64,000 bases of DNA from NCBI GenBank assembly GCA_020725805.1, contig DYEF01000023.1, positions 20,783-84,782 on the forward strand, in the 5' to 3' direction. Both the position numbers and the translations under genes were made by a program. This DNA comes from Bdellovibrio sp. GTDB lineage: Bacteria; Myxococcota; SpSt-1050. Below, one piece after another: positions 10,201-19,892 of the stretch. Under the pieces are notes generated by a model. It was given only the letters and a program-made list of their open reading frames with translations, did not search any database and was not told where the DNA came from. How positions within the stretch are numbered: the stretch's first letter is position 1; the number at the start of each line of letters is the position of its first letter.

Positions 10201-10745
10201 CCCTGTCTGCGTACTTCTTACGTGCCGAGTTCAATGCAGCAGGTGAAAGGTTATATATTCTTGCCCAGAAAGAACTGATGACAGAGAATCCCGAAAAGAT
10301 ACTGATAAAGACGAAGAATCAGATGAGAGAGCTGATAACATCCGAGAACCCCCTTGTCCTTGATGCACAAAACACGATATATACAATAAGCAGAAACGGA
10401 CTGGTTTCGAATTACAGAATACAGGTTCCCTACAAGATTGAGAGGGTCATCCATTTACCCAAAAGCGTCTATGCCGTCCTTCAGTTCGAAGAGAAGAATT
10501 TCTTTGCTGTCTATAATATCCTGACGAAAAAAATAGTCTCCTATCTGGCCGGACATACTGAACCGATAGTCAATATTGATGTGCTTGAAAACAGGATTTT
10601 TACAATTGGTCTCGACGGAACAGTAATAGTATACAATACGGATTTCGAAACATCTTCACAGCGCTTTTCAGGACCCGAAATCAAATCAGAGATTCAGAGG
10701 CTGAAAGAGATTCTGAAGGGGCTCAACAGATTCTTCGAAGACTGA
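7275..10745 (+). CDS. Ser/Thr protein kinase with TM helix and WD40 beta-propeller
   Basis: GAGGIGKV, AVKEL, HRDIKPHN, DWG, GTPQYMPPEQ; TM LLFVLTVLTILALATFLLY; WD repeats (LTGHTKSV...SSSYDGNIIVWD, LAGHTEPI...GLDGTVIVYN). Confidence 0.92.
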   Translation: MEREILFCITALQMGLATPELLKNIGKELSEKKIGSIRAELIRRASIPPEKIKTIEQAVDLSASVHNGNYKKILSQKIYRKLVREAFGDSISISHTGELRPSYPRIVDDETMTDIHTVTEESPERYSQIKEIGAGGIGKVLLVYDRHTGRNIAVKELLPDINHQVSSDSVISPDEARFLREARLTAQLEHPSVVPVYEIGRKPDNSIYYTMKYVKGRTLSDIIRSSSSLNERLKFLSHFLNLCNAIAYAHSKGVIHRDIKPHNVMIGEFGETVVLDWGLAKIKGTTDTENEKFANQMRLLMDAAAGKTVAGEVMGTPQYMPPEQAWGDVNNIDEKSDIYSLGAVLYEILTGFPPFDGDSPLEIVKAVRAYSRGEKKLVPVKEEEPESPDELAAIAEKALSADKNRRYQSVVDLIDDVEAYIAGRKVSGHRYSVFAYLRYIFRRGKRSLLFVLTVLTILALATFLLYRTNNIRYENIFRLYTEKALNNIEKNDFLSAAYYAALASDIKMGPNPLTSIQNNQIASSLIGATTIKEKSITSISVSDDSRFLATGTDDGTVFLYELATLKTTGKASFPSAVSKIIFSSEGDKLAAGFSDGNIRIFNLHPFSLVKVIKDFSTPVKSLVFSEGGKYLFAAAGNISSEQRQVADCSIRIYSTGAYKFIDNLTGHTKSVSNLSILDSGKYLISSSYDGNIIVWDIFSKKEIKRFTLGTPVLNLSVAKDFPVFALTEEGKLFSLSISSEPAIISIKSYNHNIITAGAGSIITGGGAYDGEKCRFCDLKIYDLQKNINIVQGFRFRITDIVLTSDTKHIIVSDDRGNIFIFKPASLLSKPFKVQYKYTLADQLAGMRCLKHIQSCFATDRSMNFYTLLPDRVESETAYKLPKAIEHGNFYIVDRDTIIINTPDREVYYANPAKTVYKKIFAEALKIQSLRISNNNEYIGITDTEDTFYLLKKSGGEISDTLIRERNVLGFNFLPDSLSAYFLRAEFNAAGERLYILAQKELMTENPEKILIKTKNQMRELITSENPLVLDAQNTIYTISRNGLVSNYRIQVPYKIERVIHLPKSVYAVLQFEEKNFFAVYNILTKKIVSYLAGHTEPIVNIDVLENRIFTIGLDGTVIVYNTDFETSSQRFSGPEIKSEIQRLKEILKGLNRFFED

Positions 10746-13700
10746 TCAGTGAACCGAAATCTCCTCATTCGGAATCTCTCCGTAGATATCAGGCATATAC
10801 ATCAGTTCTACCCGCGTGGGAGGGAGTCTGAATTTACCCTTTGTATTCAGCCTTACTGAATATTCAAATACAATCTTATCCGAATAGACATACTCATAAT
10901 AGGTTCTAATATAGCCGTCTCTCACATCCGAGTAGGTATATTCCCAGAAATAATCCGCTGAATCAGCGGCATCCTTCTTTATCCTTCCCATAACCTGAGA
11001 GCCTGTAATAAGCGGGTCAATGAGCACTATATTACTATAATGTGAATCCGGTTCATAAGTAATTCTTACTTTTACAAGGTCTGATTGCCTGAACTCCTTT
11101 TTTATAAGGCCCTTTTCATCCAGATACTCCTTTTTTATCTTAAATCCCTTGAAGACAGGCTGAGTCAGTGGTGATTTCTCAATAAACAGAGTCTTTACCC
11201 AGTAACTATTCTTATTATCCTCACAGACAAGTTTTTCCGGTTTCCCCTCTTTGCAGCCTGCAGCCGTCTCTCCACCTATGATTTTCCCGTCTTTCGTTAT
11301 ATCAAAGAGAAATGACTTTGTCTTAAAAGTATCGTCAACGTTCTCCGTAAAGTAATTACATCCCAAACTTACCATAAGGGAGCTTTTCTCAAAATTCGTT
11401 TTGAATCTCTTTGCAAAGAGCCTTAATGCCACAGCGGCATATGCATTCGCCGTCGTATTGTAGAGATAACCGCCCTTCTCGAACCGGTTTATGAGTCCGT
11501 TTGCCATCTTGCCGAGCTTAGTCTCATCTGCATCTGTTCTCAGCAGATAAATCAGGGTTCTGGCAAATGCCTCGTCCTCGGAGCGCATAAGCCACCAGTA
11601 TCTGTTTCTATCGTCTGATTTCAAAAAGTATGCCCCGCTCTTCTCCGTAAAGAACGAAAATATTGCATTCTCCAGTTCCTTGTTTTTTCCGGCAACACCG
11701 GCAACATCGATAATCGAAGAAAGTGAGAGCAGAGATACCTCCGGTTTAATAGCATTTAATAATTCTGATGACCTTGTCTTATCATATTTACTCAACACAA
11801 AGAGCGCATAGAGTCTTTCGAGATTCTGGGTAGTCTGAATATATACATTTTTCCTGTAGATCTTACCAATCACAAAATTCATCAGGGCATCTGTCGTCCT
11901 CTGAATTATATGATATGGGAGTTCGAATCCGTTCAGATTCGTTATATCCAGCACGTAGGCTGTAAGCATAGGTGAACCTTCCTGTGATGACGGAAAATAT
12001 TTGAGAAATCCGTTATCATCCAGATAGAGGTTTATCTCATTTAAGAGCTTGCCGAAAAACTCCTTGTCGTCTGCGACCACGGCATAAGATATCTTCTGCT
12101 CCAGACATGCGAGGGCAAAACCACTGTAGTTCACAAGTTGTCTCCCCGTCTCACTCAGGTCCCTGAGAAAAGAAATATTTATCCTCTTCTGAATATCCTT
12201 TTCAACAAATCCCCTGTAACTCTCGGATGAACTCCCGGATAATCTTTTGAATATGGACTGTACAACCCTCGACAAGTCAGCCTCCACTATCTTCTGACCG
12301 ACACTGATACTGTCAATTATTTTACCGTCCGAGAGTATATCTATTCTGTATTTACCTTCATCTGCAATATCCGGAATCTTGACGGGGAACGATACCCTGC
12401 GGTTGTCGCCGGCCTTAATCATTACATTCTCTGGTCCAAGCAGATCCTTTCTGACCAGTCTGTTCCCGCTGAAGAAGCTGACCTCTCCCGTAACCTGCAG
12501 GCCAAAACTCTTCTGGGAGACGTTCTTGATTACAAATTCCGCATCATAGCTGTCACCCTCTCTTGCAAAATACGGTAAAGATGAATTTATAAAGAGCTCC
12601 TTCGTGCTCTCTATGCCGGCATATCCGGTACCGAATCTCTTCTGAGTCGAGGCAACGGCGATGATTCTGAACGAAGTAATCGAATCATTTAAAAAAAACT
12701 CAAAATCCGCCCTGTTGTTCTTTACCTTAAGGGATTCATCAAAGTAAATCAACGTATCAAACAACTCCCTTGTAACAATCCTGCCTCCGCCTCCCCCTGA
12801 CGGAAGTGCCTTTCTGCCGAAATGCCTCTTACCGATTACCTGAATCAGCCCCGTGGAAGTATTGACCCCGAGCCCGCCCTTCTTTATCATATTATCCAGC
12901 AGGTTGTATGTCGGATTTTCAAGAAGTGTCAGCAACCCCTCATCAATCACTACAAGAGTTACATCTGCATCATCACCATCAGCACCTTTTATCTCGACGC
13001 TCCCCTTTACCTTCTCCCTGATCTTATACCTCTTCTTCTCTGTCTTTATATCCACACCAAGCCTGTATTTATCCTTATCAACACTTATTTCCGTCATTCC
13101 CATCTTCAGAGAAGGCTTCGCAAGGTCAACAAGGAAAGTGGGAGGAGGAGAGGCGACTCTGCCTCTTATCAGGACAACAGATATATAGGCATTCGGAGAG
13201 TATTCGGGCTTTACCCTCAGTTCTATAACCGGCTTTTTGCCTGAAAGTTCTGTTACAAAGTAATCCAGTACTGATTCCCGCTCGACCGTTACAAGTGCGG
13301 TTGCATTTTCAAACGGCGTTACAACCCTGAGTTTAAGTGTCTCGCCTGTTTTATACTCAGTCTTATCGGGGAAGACGTCAATCCTGTCCGAATCCGAGGC
13401 ATAATCAAACCAGTAATCGCTCTCATAGTCATACGAATAGACCGAGGAATAAGAGACCGCCAGATTCCTCCTGCTGTCACCCGCAATCACCTCGGCTGAA
13501 TACTGACCGCCTTTTTCAATCTTTTTGCTGCATATCACTCTGCCCTCCTCGTCCGTCGTGGCAGTGCAGAGTTCACCGAGCGGTTTTACCTCGTTTATAT
13601 GTTCATACGAGTAATACCCTCCTAAAATCTTCTTTCTGTGGACATAACTGATGGTCTGATACAGATTTATTGTAACCTTCTCTCCCTTAACCGGTCTCTT

Positions 13701-16544
13701 TTCGGTATCCAGGACTACAGCATTCGCAATGAATAATCTGTTTTTGCTGTCAACTGATGCCTTTATACCGGCAAGTAAGGAAGAGGTATAGATGGTGCTG
13801 CGTTTCTCTATTGTATTGAAATAACCGTTTGGGTCAGTATATCCCGCCTCTAACTGAAGGATTACTGGCCTTCCGTCCTTTGATTTCTTTACTTTGAGTT
13901 CGGTTTTGAATCTTCCGTATTCATCTGTTTTGAGACAGACCTGCTCCGAGAGTCCGGCCGTCTTTTCCTTATACTCCTCGCCCTCAATCATCTCGCCGTC
14001 ACCCTCACTGCCCTCCTCGTCATAATCCCTTCCGTATTTACTGATTCCCGCTCTCACCCTTCCTCCCAGAAAATGATAACCGCTGTACTTCGAATCAGAG
14101 AAGAAGAAGTCGTCCGAGAATCTGTATCGCAGAGTTACCGCAAGGTCGTTTGCCGGTGCACCCATAAGGTAGCTGAATATCCCTTCAACGATTATTTTCT
14201 CCGGATTCCTGCTATCGACCAGCAAATCCCCTTTGATAAGCGGAACCTTGAACTCTTCGACCAGAAAGCTCCCTGTCTGATAATTGCATTTGGAAGATGT
14301 ATTATCCAGCGGACAGTCGAAGTATGAAACCCTGTAATGCCCCGTATGTGCATCTTTCGGGATTTCCCACTTAAAGAGTGAATTTCCGTTTTCACCCCAT
14401 GTGATATCATACTCCCAGACCTTATCGGTACCTGTATGTTCAATGCGGATCTTTCGTGGCATTTCCTCCTTATGGGCAAAACGGATATCCTTTAATGCCT
14501 TCTTTCTGAAATACCCCTTTATATGAACCGTCTCACCTGACCTCAGAAGATTACGGCTAAAGACAGAATGGACAAGAGTATCTGACTGATAAAATTCCGA
14601 ATAGATATTGTATCTGTATGGCTCAATTCCTTTGTCCCATTTCGAATTCACGAGTGAAAAGTCATTCTTGTATCTGGCTATTACTGTCAGACCTTCTCCC
14701 AAGAACCTGTAATACGACTCATAAAAACCGTCAGACCCGTAGTCAGAAGCACAGCGGGGTAGAATATAATCATCCGGAAGGTATTTTTCCACATACAGAA
14801 TCCCGTTTGTATCGGTCGTTCCCGAGAAGTATTCGTTCCCCTTGCAGTCATAGGCATTTATGTAGGCACCTCCTACGGGAGAGGCATCAGACAGTCTCGT
14901 CACAAAGACAAGCGAACTGACAGGTCCTTTCTTAAATGTTACTGCCATATCCGTAACGAGCGCAACCGAACGGATATATGCCTTTCTCTGACCTTTCTTC
15001 TTCTCCTCGTCTGAGACGATATAATCACCCAGAACACTGCTCTCGAGTTCAAAGAAATACAATCCGTAATTCTTCATTGGGATACCAACGACTGTTGCCT
15101 CCCCGGAATCCGCCATATCCGGCAGTCTGCTCACCTCGTAAGGATACTTCTCATCATCGAATACGCCTTTCGAAAGATTCTGATACCTTATGCTGTTTAT
15201 AAACCCGAATATCTTATCGGCCGAAAAATCGGAGAGCCTGAGATTCCTGATCTTTATATCCGTTGCAAGATATTTTTTATCCCCGCCGACTGTCCCGTCC
15301 GGCTTCTTTGTTCTTGTAAAAAGGGATCTGATAAACTCCCATATTCTTGCAAAAAATCCTTTCTTCTGCACTTGCCGTCTTTCGGGCATTCCGCCTTCGA
15401 GTGCAAAACTCCTTATTCTGTGCTCTTTCCCGAGCCCCCTGACAGTAACCGGAAGTACGCCTTCGCCGTCTATCATCTCCACAATGCCGAAATCGGCTGC
15501 AAACTTTGCAAGCGGAGGCATCCTGTCGGTCCTGAAAACCAGAGGGAATTTGCCGCTGTTTACCGGCGTCCTGTCATAGATATCCTTTATGTCCTGAGGA
15601 ATATGCAGGGTATACGAATGCTCCGGCCTGAACGGGCCCAGAAATCTCACGGAGTTTACGATCTCCTGATGCTCATCTGTCTTTTCAGGCAATATCCTGT
15701 TGCCACTCTCGTCCGACAAATATATCCGTGTTGCATATTCCCTGTTTACAGGTTCGGAGAAGTTTACCTCGATATTCGAAAGAGGGATACACCCCCGCTC
15801 GGCCTTCTCCCTTTCGCAACCGAGTTCTATCCTGAATCCGTCCATTACAGTATAGGCGTATTTCTCCTCAAAACCCGATACGACCTTCCCCTCCGATTCG
15901 ATATTCTTGAAGACGAGTATTATCCGCTCCTTATCGGCAAACCTCACTTTCGGCTTAATCCCGAATATTTTCTCCTTCTTCAGGTAAGGATAGAGATTAC
16001 TGACTACACGCTCCGTATCTGCCTGATCTATCAGAACTGCTTCCGTGATCTCCGATGTATGGCTTCTTTTGAAAAATATCTTATTAATGTTCTTTCTGAT
16101 ATCCACATCGCCGTTGAATGAGAAGAGGAATATCTGTTCATTGCTGATCTGCTGATATGTACCGGGAATTATCCTGTTTACCGTTACTGCGTCCGAATCG
16201 AATTCGAACTCTCTCTCCCCGCTATATATTCCGCCGTCTATGGATTTGATATCATCTCTTAACTTTACCTTACACATAATTCCCGCCTTAAGCGGTTTTT
16301 CGAACTTTATCACATAAAGATACGGGTCCTCCCAGACTCCCTTCGGTTCTTCCTTTATACAACTTACCGACAGGACTGGATTGTATCTGAATGAAGGGTC
16401 TCCGACCGGGGCAACCTGTTTTGAAAACTTTATTCTTATCTCGGAGGCACTTCTCGCCCTCTTCTTCGGGAAGAAATCCGCATTGAAGGCAAAGAGTCCT
16501 GATGAAAACGAAAAGAAGACCAGAAGGAAAAAAAACCTCTTCAT
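10746..16544 (-). CDS. bacterial alpha-2-macroglobulin family protein
   Basis: 1932 aa, signal peptide, MG-domain motifs (FLVEEFKVP, ALVTVERE, VIDEGLL, F.LNDSITSFRIIAVA), thioester motif CLEQ, C-terminal LPPTRVELMYMP; directly downstream of pbpC. Confidence 0.92.
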   Translation of the reverse strand: MKRFFFLLVFFSFSSGLFAFNADFFPKKRARSASEIRIKFSKQVAPVGDPSFRYNPVLSVSCIKEEPKGVWEDPYLYVIKFEKPLKAGIMCKVKLRDDIKSIDGGIYSGEREFEFDSDAVTVNRIIPGTYQQISNEQIFLFSFNGDVDIRKNINKIFFKRSHTSEITEAVLIDQADTERVVSNLYPYLKKEKIFGIKPKVRFADKERIILVFKNIESEGKVVSGFEEKYAYTVMDGFRIELGCEREKAERGCIPLSNIEVNFSEPVNREYATRIYLSDESGNRILPEKTDEHQEIVNSVRFLGPFRPEHSYTLHIPQDIKDIYDRTPVNSGKFPLVFRTDRMPPLAKFAADFGIVEMIDGEGVLPVTVRGLGKEHRIRSFALEGGMPERRQVQKKGFFARIWEFIRSLFTRTKKPDGTVGGDKKYLATDIKIRNLRLSDFSADKIFGFINSIRYQNLSKGVFDDEKYPYEVSRLPDMADSGEATVVGIPMKNYGLYFFELESSVLGDYIVSDEEKKKGQRKAYIRSVALVTDMAVTFKKGPVSSLVFVTRLSDASPVGGAYINAYDCKGNEYFSGTTDTNGILYVEKYLPDDYILPRCASDYGSDGFYESYYRFLGEGLTVIARYKNDFSLVNSKWDKGIEPYRYNIYSEFYQSDTLVHSVFSRNLLRSGETVHIKGYFRKKALKDIRFAHKEEMPRKIRIEHTGTDKVWEYDITWGENGNSLFKWEIPKDAHTGHYRVSYFDCPLDNTSSKCNYQTGSFLVEEFKVPLIKGDLLVDSRNPEKIIVEGIFSYLMGAPANDLAVTLRYRFSDDFFFSDSKYSGYHFLGGRVRAGISKYGRDYDEEGSEGDGEMIEGEEYKEKTAGLSEQVCLKTDEYGRFKTELKVKKSKDGRPVILQLEAGYTDPNGYFNTIEKRSTIYTSSLLAGIKASVDSKNRLFIANAVVLDTEKRPVKGEKVTINLYQTISYVHRKKILGGYYSYEHINEVKPLGELCTATTDEEGRVICSKKIEKGGQYSAEVIAGDSRRNLAVSYSSVYSYDYESDYWFDYASDSDRIDVFPDKTEYKTGETLKLRVVTPFENATALVTVERESVLDYFVTELSGKKPVIELRVKPEYSPNAYISVVLIRGRVASPPPTFLVDLAKPSLKMGMTEISVDKDKYRLGVDIKTEKKRYKIREKVKGSVEIKGADGDDADVTLVVIDEGLLTLLENPTYNLLDNMIKKGGLGVNTSTGLIQVIGKRHFGRKALPSGGGGGRIVTRELFDTLIYFDESLKVKNNRADFEFFLNDSITSFRIIAVASTQKRFGTGYAGIESTKELFINSSLPYFAREGDSYDAEFVIKNVSQKSFGLQVTGEVSFFSGNRLVRKDLLGPENVMIKAGDNRRVSFPVKIPDIADEGKYRIDILSDGKIIDSISVGQKIVEADLSRVVQSIFKRLSGSSSESYRGFVEKDIQKRINISFLRDLSETGRQLVNYSGFALACLEQKISYAVVADDKEFFGKLLNEINLYLDDNGFLKYFPSSQEGSPMLTAYVLDITNLNGFELPYHIIQRTTDALMNFVIGKIYRKNVYIQTTQNLERLYALFVLSKYDKTRSSELLNAIKPEVSLLSLSSIIDVAGVAGKNKELENAIFSFFTEKSGAYFLKSDDRNRYWWLMRSEDEAFARTLIYLLRTDADETKLGKMANGLINRFEKGGYLYNTTANAYAAVALRLFAKRFKTNFEKSSLMVSLGCNYFTENVDDTFKTKSFLFDITKDGKIIGGETAAGCKEGKPEKLVCEDNKNSYWVKTLFIEKSPLTQPVFKGFKIKKEYLDEKGLIKKEFRQSDLVKVRITYEPDSHYSNIVLIDPLITGSQVMGRIKKDAADSADYFWEYTYSDVRDGYIRTYYEYVYSDKIVFEYSVRLNTKGKFRLPPTRVELMYMPDIYGEIPNEEISVH

Positions 16545-16553
16545 AAAATACTC

Positions 16554-18689
16554 CTATCTTACTTCATAATTCGAACTGTCAAGTATATGCCCTGACGCAT
16601 CGATCAGTTCGAGTGTATGCCGGCCCTTCTCGATACCGAGCATATAGACGGTGTCGTGACTTTCGACCTTTCTGCTGTTACTCAGCAAAATACAGTCTCT
16701 GCAATTCGTATAGACATAAAGCAGTTGCTGTGAAACCGGTATAGCCGGATCCAGCGCAATAACTGTGCCGTCGGGAGGATAGATAATCCTCGGGATATTC
16801 CCGGTATCTACAGGTATTTCATCTCCTGACGGCTCTGTCCCTTCTATAAAATATTCATCTCTTACAGGTTCATACGCCGGTTTGAAAACTATCCGTTTTT
16901 TAATCACTCCGTAAGGAGTCAGAGGCGGCTTTGAGCCGGTCTTTTTGTGTAATTCCTTCATCAGTGCGAACCAGATCTGCGAAGCCCCGTGCGAACCCGA
17001 GACATTATGCATAGGCTCCCCCGAAAAATTTCCTGTCCAGACCCCGACGGTATATTCAGACGAGAATCCTACACACCAGTTATCCCTCATATCCTTGCTC
17101 GTCCCTGTCTTTACTGCCGAATAAAAAGGGGTAGAGAGCGTGTTCTCAAGATCGAAGGTGAGTGAACGTGCATCCCTGTCAGAGAGAATGCTCTGGATAA
17201 TATAAACGGCCTTTTCATCCAAGACCCTCTTTTCCTCCGCCATTTCCTTCTTTGAAATTCTCAGATTCTTATATAATCCTCCGTTTGCAAGAATCATATA
17301 CGCCCTCACGAGTTCGAAGAGTGAGACATCCAGACTGCCAAGGGCAAGCGATTCTCCGTAATAGTCTTCTATCTCATCGGACTTTTCAGGCTGAAAACCG
17401 AGACCCTTCAGATGTCCGGTATAATTTTCGACACCCGCAATCATAATGCTCTTTACTGCGGGGATGTTAAGTGATGAGGCAAGTGCGGTCCTGACAGATA
17501 CATATCCCTTGTACGTCCTGTCATAATTCTGAGGGGAATAGACAACCCCCTTCTTTCCGATAAAGAGCGGAAAATCCTCGATAATGCTCGCCGCAGTCAG
17601 AAGTCTCTGTTCAAGGAGATACTCATATAAAAACGGCTTTAAGGTAGAACCCGCCTGTCTTTTTGCCTTTACACCGTCTACATACTTTCCGGACGAGAGT
17701 TCGAAGGAATTCGGGATATATGCCAGTATCTCTCCAGTCCTGTTTTCGGCAACGAGCAGCGCCGCATCATTCAGATTCTTTCCCTTGAGTACAGATACGA
17801 ATGACCTCGTAATCTCAAGTGCTGTTTTCTGAATCTCTTTATCGATCGTCGTTACAACCGGAGATTTGTGGTTTCTGAGCAGCCTTTCTGAAAGGACAGG
17901 GAGATAATCTGCCGGTTTCGGGATATAATATCTTTCGGGGAGTTTCGATATTATTTTTTCAATCTCGTTTTCAGAGATGTTCAATCCTAAATTGCCGTTG
18001 TTTCTAAGGGCTGCCTTTACCAGCTCTTCCCGGCTCACCGAAGGTCTCTTAATGAGTGAGAGTAAAATCAGTGACTCGGTCTCGGTCAGATATTCAGGTG
18101 ATTTACCGAAAAGTCCCCATGCAGCTGTGTATATACCCGAAATCTCCCCTTTTACAGGAACGGTATTGATATAAGCCTCGAGGATTTCACTCTTACTCCA
18201 TCTCAAATCAATTATAACAGCGTAATAAATCTCCTTTATCTTTCTCAGTACGACATTCTCCTGACCAAGTCCGTAATAATTTCTCACAAACTGCATATTG
18301 ATAGTGCTTGCCCCGCGCATCCTTCCCCTCAGAACAAAATCCCTTAATGAGGAAATGACGGATACAACATCAATACCGCCGTGAGAATAAAATCTCTTAT
18401 CCTCGGACCTAATCAGAAGATTCAGAAAACGGCTGTTTACTTCCCGCAGTCTTACATAACCTGCTCTTCTGAGATTAAAATCTGTCCTTACAAATGAGAG
18501 GGGATAGAGATTTCTGTCCAGAACGACCCCGTCCGAAAGCCTGAAATATCCGTACCTGAATTTATTATAATCCGGGAAAGTCAGTAAAGAACGAACGAAT
18601 AAGAGCAGCAAAAATAATAAGGCAACACAGAAAACCCATATCAGTTTACCTCTTTTCAGTCTCCCTGCTCTCCTTTCCATATCAATCAA
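16554..18689 (-). CDS. pbpC: penicillin-binding protein 1C
   Basis: Transglycosylase EDKRFYSHGGID, RGASTI; transpeptidase GSTLKPF (SxxK), SLN, KTGT; C-terminal BiPBP domain; paired with A2M. Confidence 0.92.
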   Translation of the reverse strand: MIDMERRAGRLKRGKLIWVFCVALLFLLLLFVRSLLTFPDYNKFRYGYFRLSDGVVLDRNLYPLSFVRTDFNLRRAGYVRLREVNSRFLNLLIRSEDKRFYSHGGIDVVSVISSLRDFVLRGRMRGASTINMQFVRNYYGLGQENVVLRKIKEIYYAVIIDLRWSKSEILEAYINTVPVKGEISGIYTAAWGLFGKSPEYLTETESLILLSLIKRPSVSREELVKAALRNNGNLGLNISENEIEKIISKLPERYYIPKPADYLPVLSERLLRNHKSPVVTTIDKEIQKTALEITRSFVSVLKGKNLNDAALLVAENRTGEILAYIPNSFELSSGKYVDGVKAKRQAGSTLKPFLYEYLLEQRLLTAASIIEDFPLFIGKKGVVYSPQNYDRTYKGYVSVRTALASSLNIPAVKSIMIAGVENYTGHLKGLGFQPEKSDEIEDYYGESLALGSLDVSLFELVRAYMILANGGLYKNLRISKKEMAEEKRVLDEKAVYIIQSILSDRDARSLTFDLENTLSTPFYSAVKTGTSKDMRDNWCVGFSSEYTVGVWTGNFSGEPMHNVSGSHGASQIWFALMKELHKKTGSKPPLTPYGVIKKRIVFKPAYEPVRDEYFIEGTEPSGDEIPVDTGNIPRIIYPPDGTVIALDPAIPVSQQLLYVYTNCRDCILLSNSRKVESHDTVYMLGIEKGRHTLELIDASGHILDSSNYEVR

Positions 18690-18884
18690 GTTATATTTTA
18701 TAGAGCAATAGTCAAGAATAAATTAGATTACGCATTTTTTCATCCGTCAAAAGACTTCCTTAAAATTTTGCAAAATTATCCTTTAGTTTATGCAACCGGC
18801 AACATATTGTATATAAACCGGCAATATTAAATTTTTGACAAAACTGATTTTTCCTGTAGAAATATTTCGCAGACGGAGAGCATT

Positions 18885-19850
18885 ATGAAGAAGGCTGTTT
18901 TTCCTTTCTGCTTTTTCTGTGTTTTTTGCATGTTTTTTTCATTCTCATTACAGGCGCAGGAAAACAAACTGAATGACGGTAAAAAGGCAGAAAATAAAAT
19001 CACAGACAAAGAAAACAAAGCGTCTGAAACAGCAGAAAAAGGTCCGGGATTAGAGTTACCCACACTCATAGTCTTCGATATAAAGGCGGAAAAGGGGGTT
19101 GAGAGCGGGAGCGCCAGTCTGCTTACAGAGATCGTTCTGGATGAGGTGGCGGGAATTTTCAAGGGAAAGTATAAAGTAATAGGCCAGAAAGATATCGACA
19201 AGATGCTCTTCTGGGAGACAAACAAGAGCCTCAAGAACTGTACAGAAAGCAGTTGTCTGATGCAGATAGCTGGGGCAATGGGGGCAGAATATTATATAGA
19301 GGGCTCTGTCGGAATAATGGGAGAGAAGTATGTCCTCGCCCTGAAATATATAGATGCAATGAAGGTCGAAATACTCTCGAGAAAGACCGTAGTCATAGAA
19401 AAAGATGAAAACAGGCTGATAGAGAACGTCAAGGCTGTAATCAATGAAATACTTTTGGGGAAGGTTACAAAGGAGGACGGGAATAAATCCGCTCCGGTTT
19501 CCAAACAGAATGAATCGCTTAAGGACGAAAGCAGGATGCTGACCAAAGAGACTGTCAGGCCCGGGGAGAAGAAGGCAGAAGAGTCAAAAACCATTAAGAA
19601 GATGATAGCGTATTCCCTCATCGGGGCCGGACTTCTGAGCGGCGGATTCGGCGTGAAGTTTCATCTGGATGCCAACGACATCAAAAATAACTACAATATG
19701 ACTCCCGAGGAGGCAGCGAGGGCGAATCAGGATTACAAGGATTTGACTACCGGTGCCGCGGTCGCCTATTCTCTGGGAGGAGCCTGTATTATCGGCGGAA
19801 TAGTCCTTTTACTCCTATCTCACGAAAAAGAGAATAAAAGCGAAAAATAG
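18885..19850 (+). CDS. exported protein, TolB-N/CsgG-like domain with C-terminal Gly-rich hydrophobic hairpin
   Basis: Signal peptide; CTESSCLMQIAGAMGAEYYIEGSVG...YVLALKYID; two Gly-rich hydrophobic segments at the C-terminus. Confidence 0.7.
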   Translation: MKKAVFPFCFFCVFCMFFSFSLQAQENKLNDGKKAENKITDKENKASETAEKGPGLELPTLIVFDIKAEKGVESGSASLLTEIVLDEVAGIFKGKYKVIGQKDIDKMLFWETNKSLKNCTESSCLMQIAGAMGAEYYIEGSVGIMGEKYVLALKYIDAMKVEILSRKTVVIEKDENRLIENVKAVINEILLGKVTKEDGNKSAPVSKQNESLKDESRMLTKETVRPGEKKAEESKTIKKMIAYSLIGAGLLSGGFGVKFHLDANDIKNNYNMTPEEAARANQDYKDLTTGAAVAYSLGGACIIGGIVLLLLSHEKENKSEK

Positions 19851-19892
19851 ATTCTGAAAGTTATACAACAATCACAACCGGGGATTTGGGTA

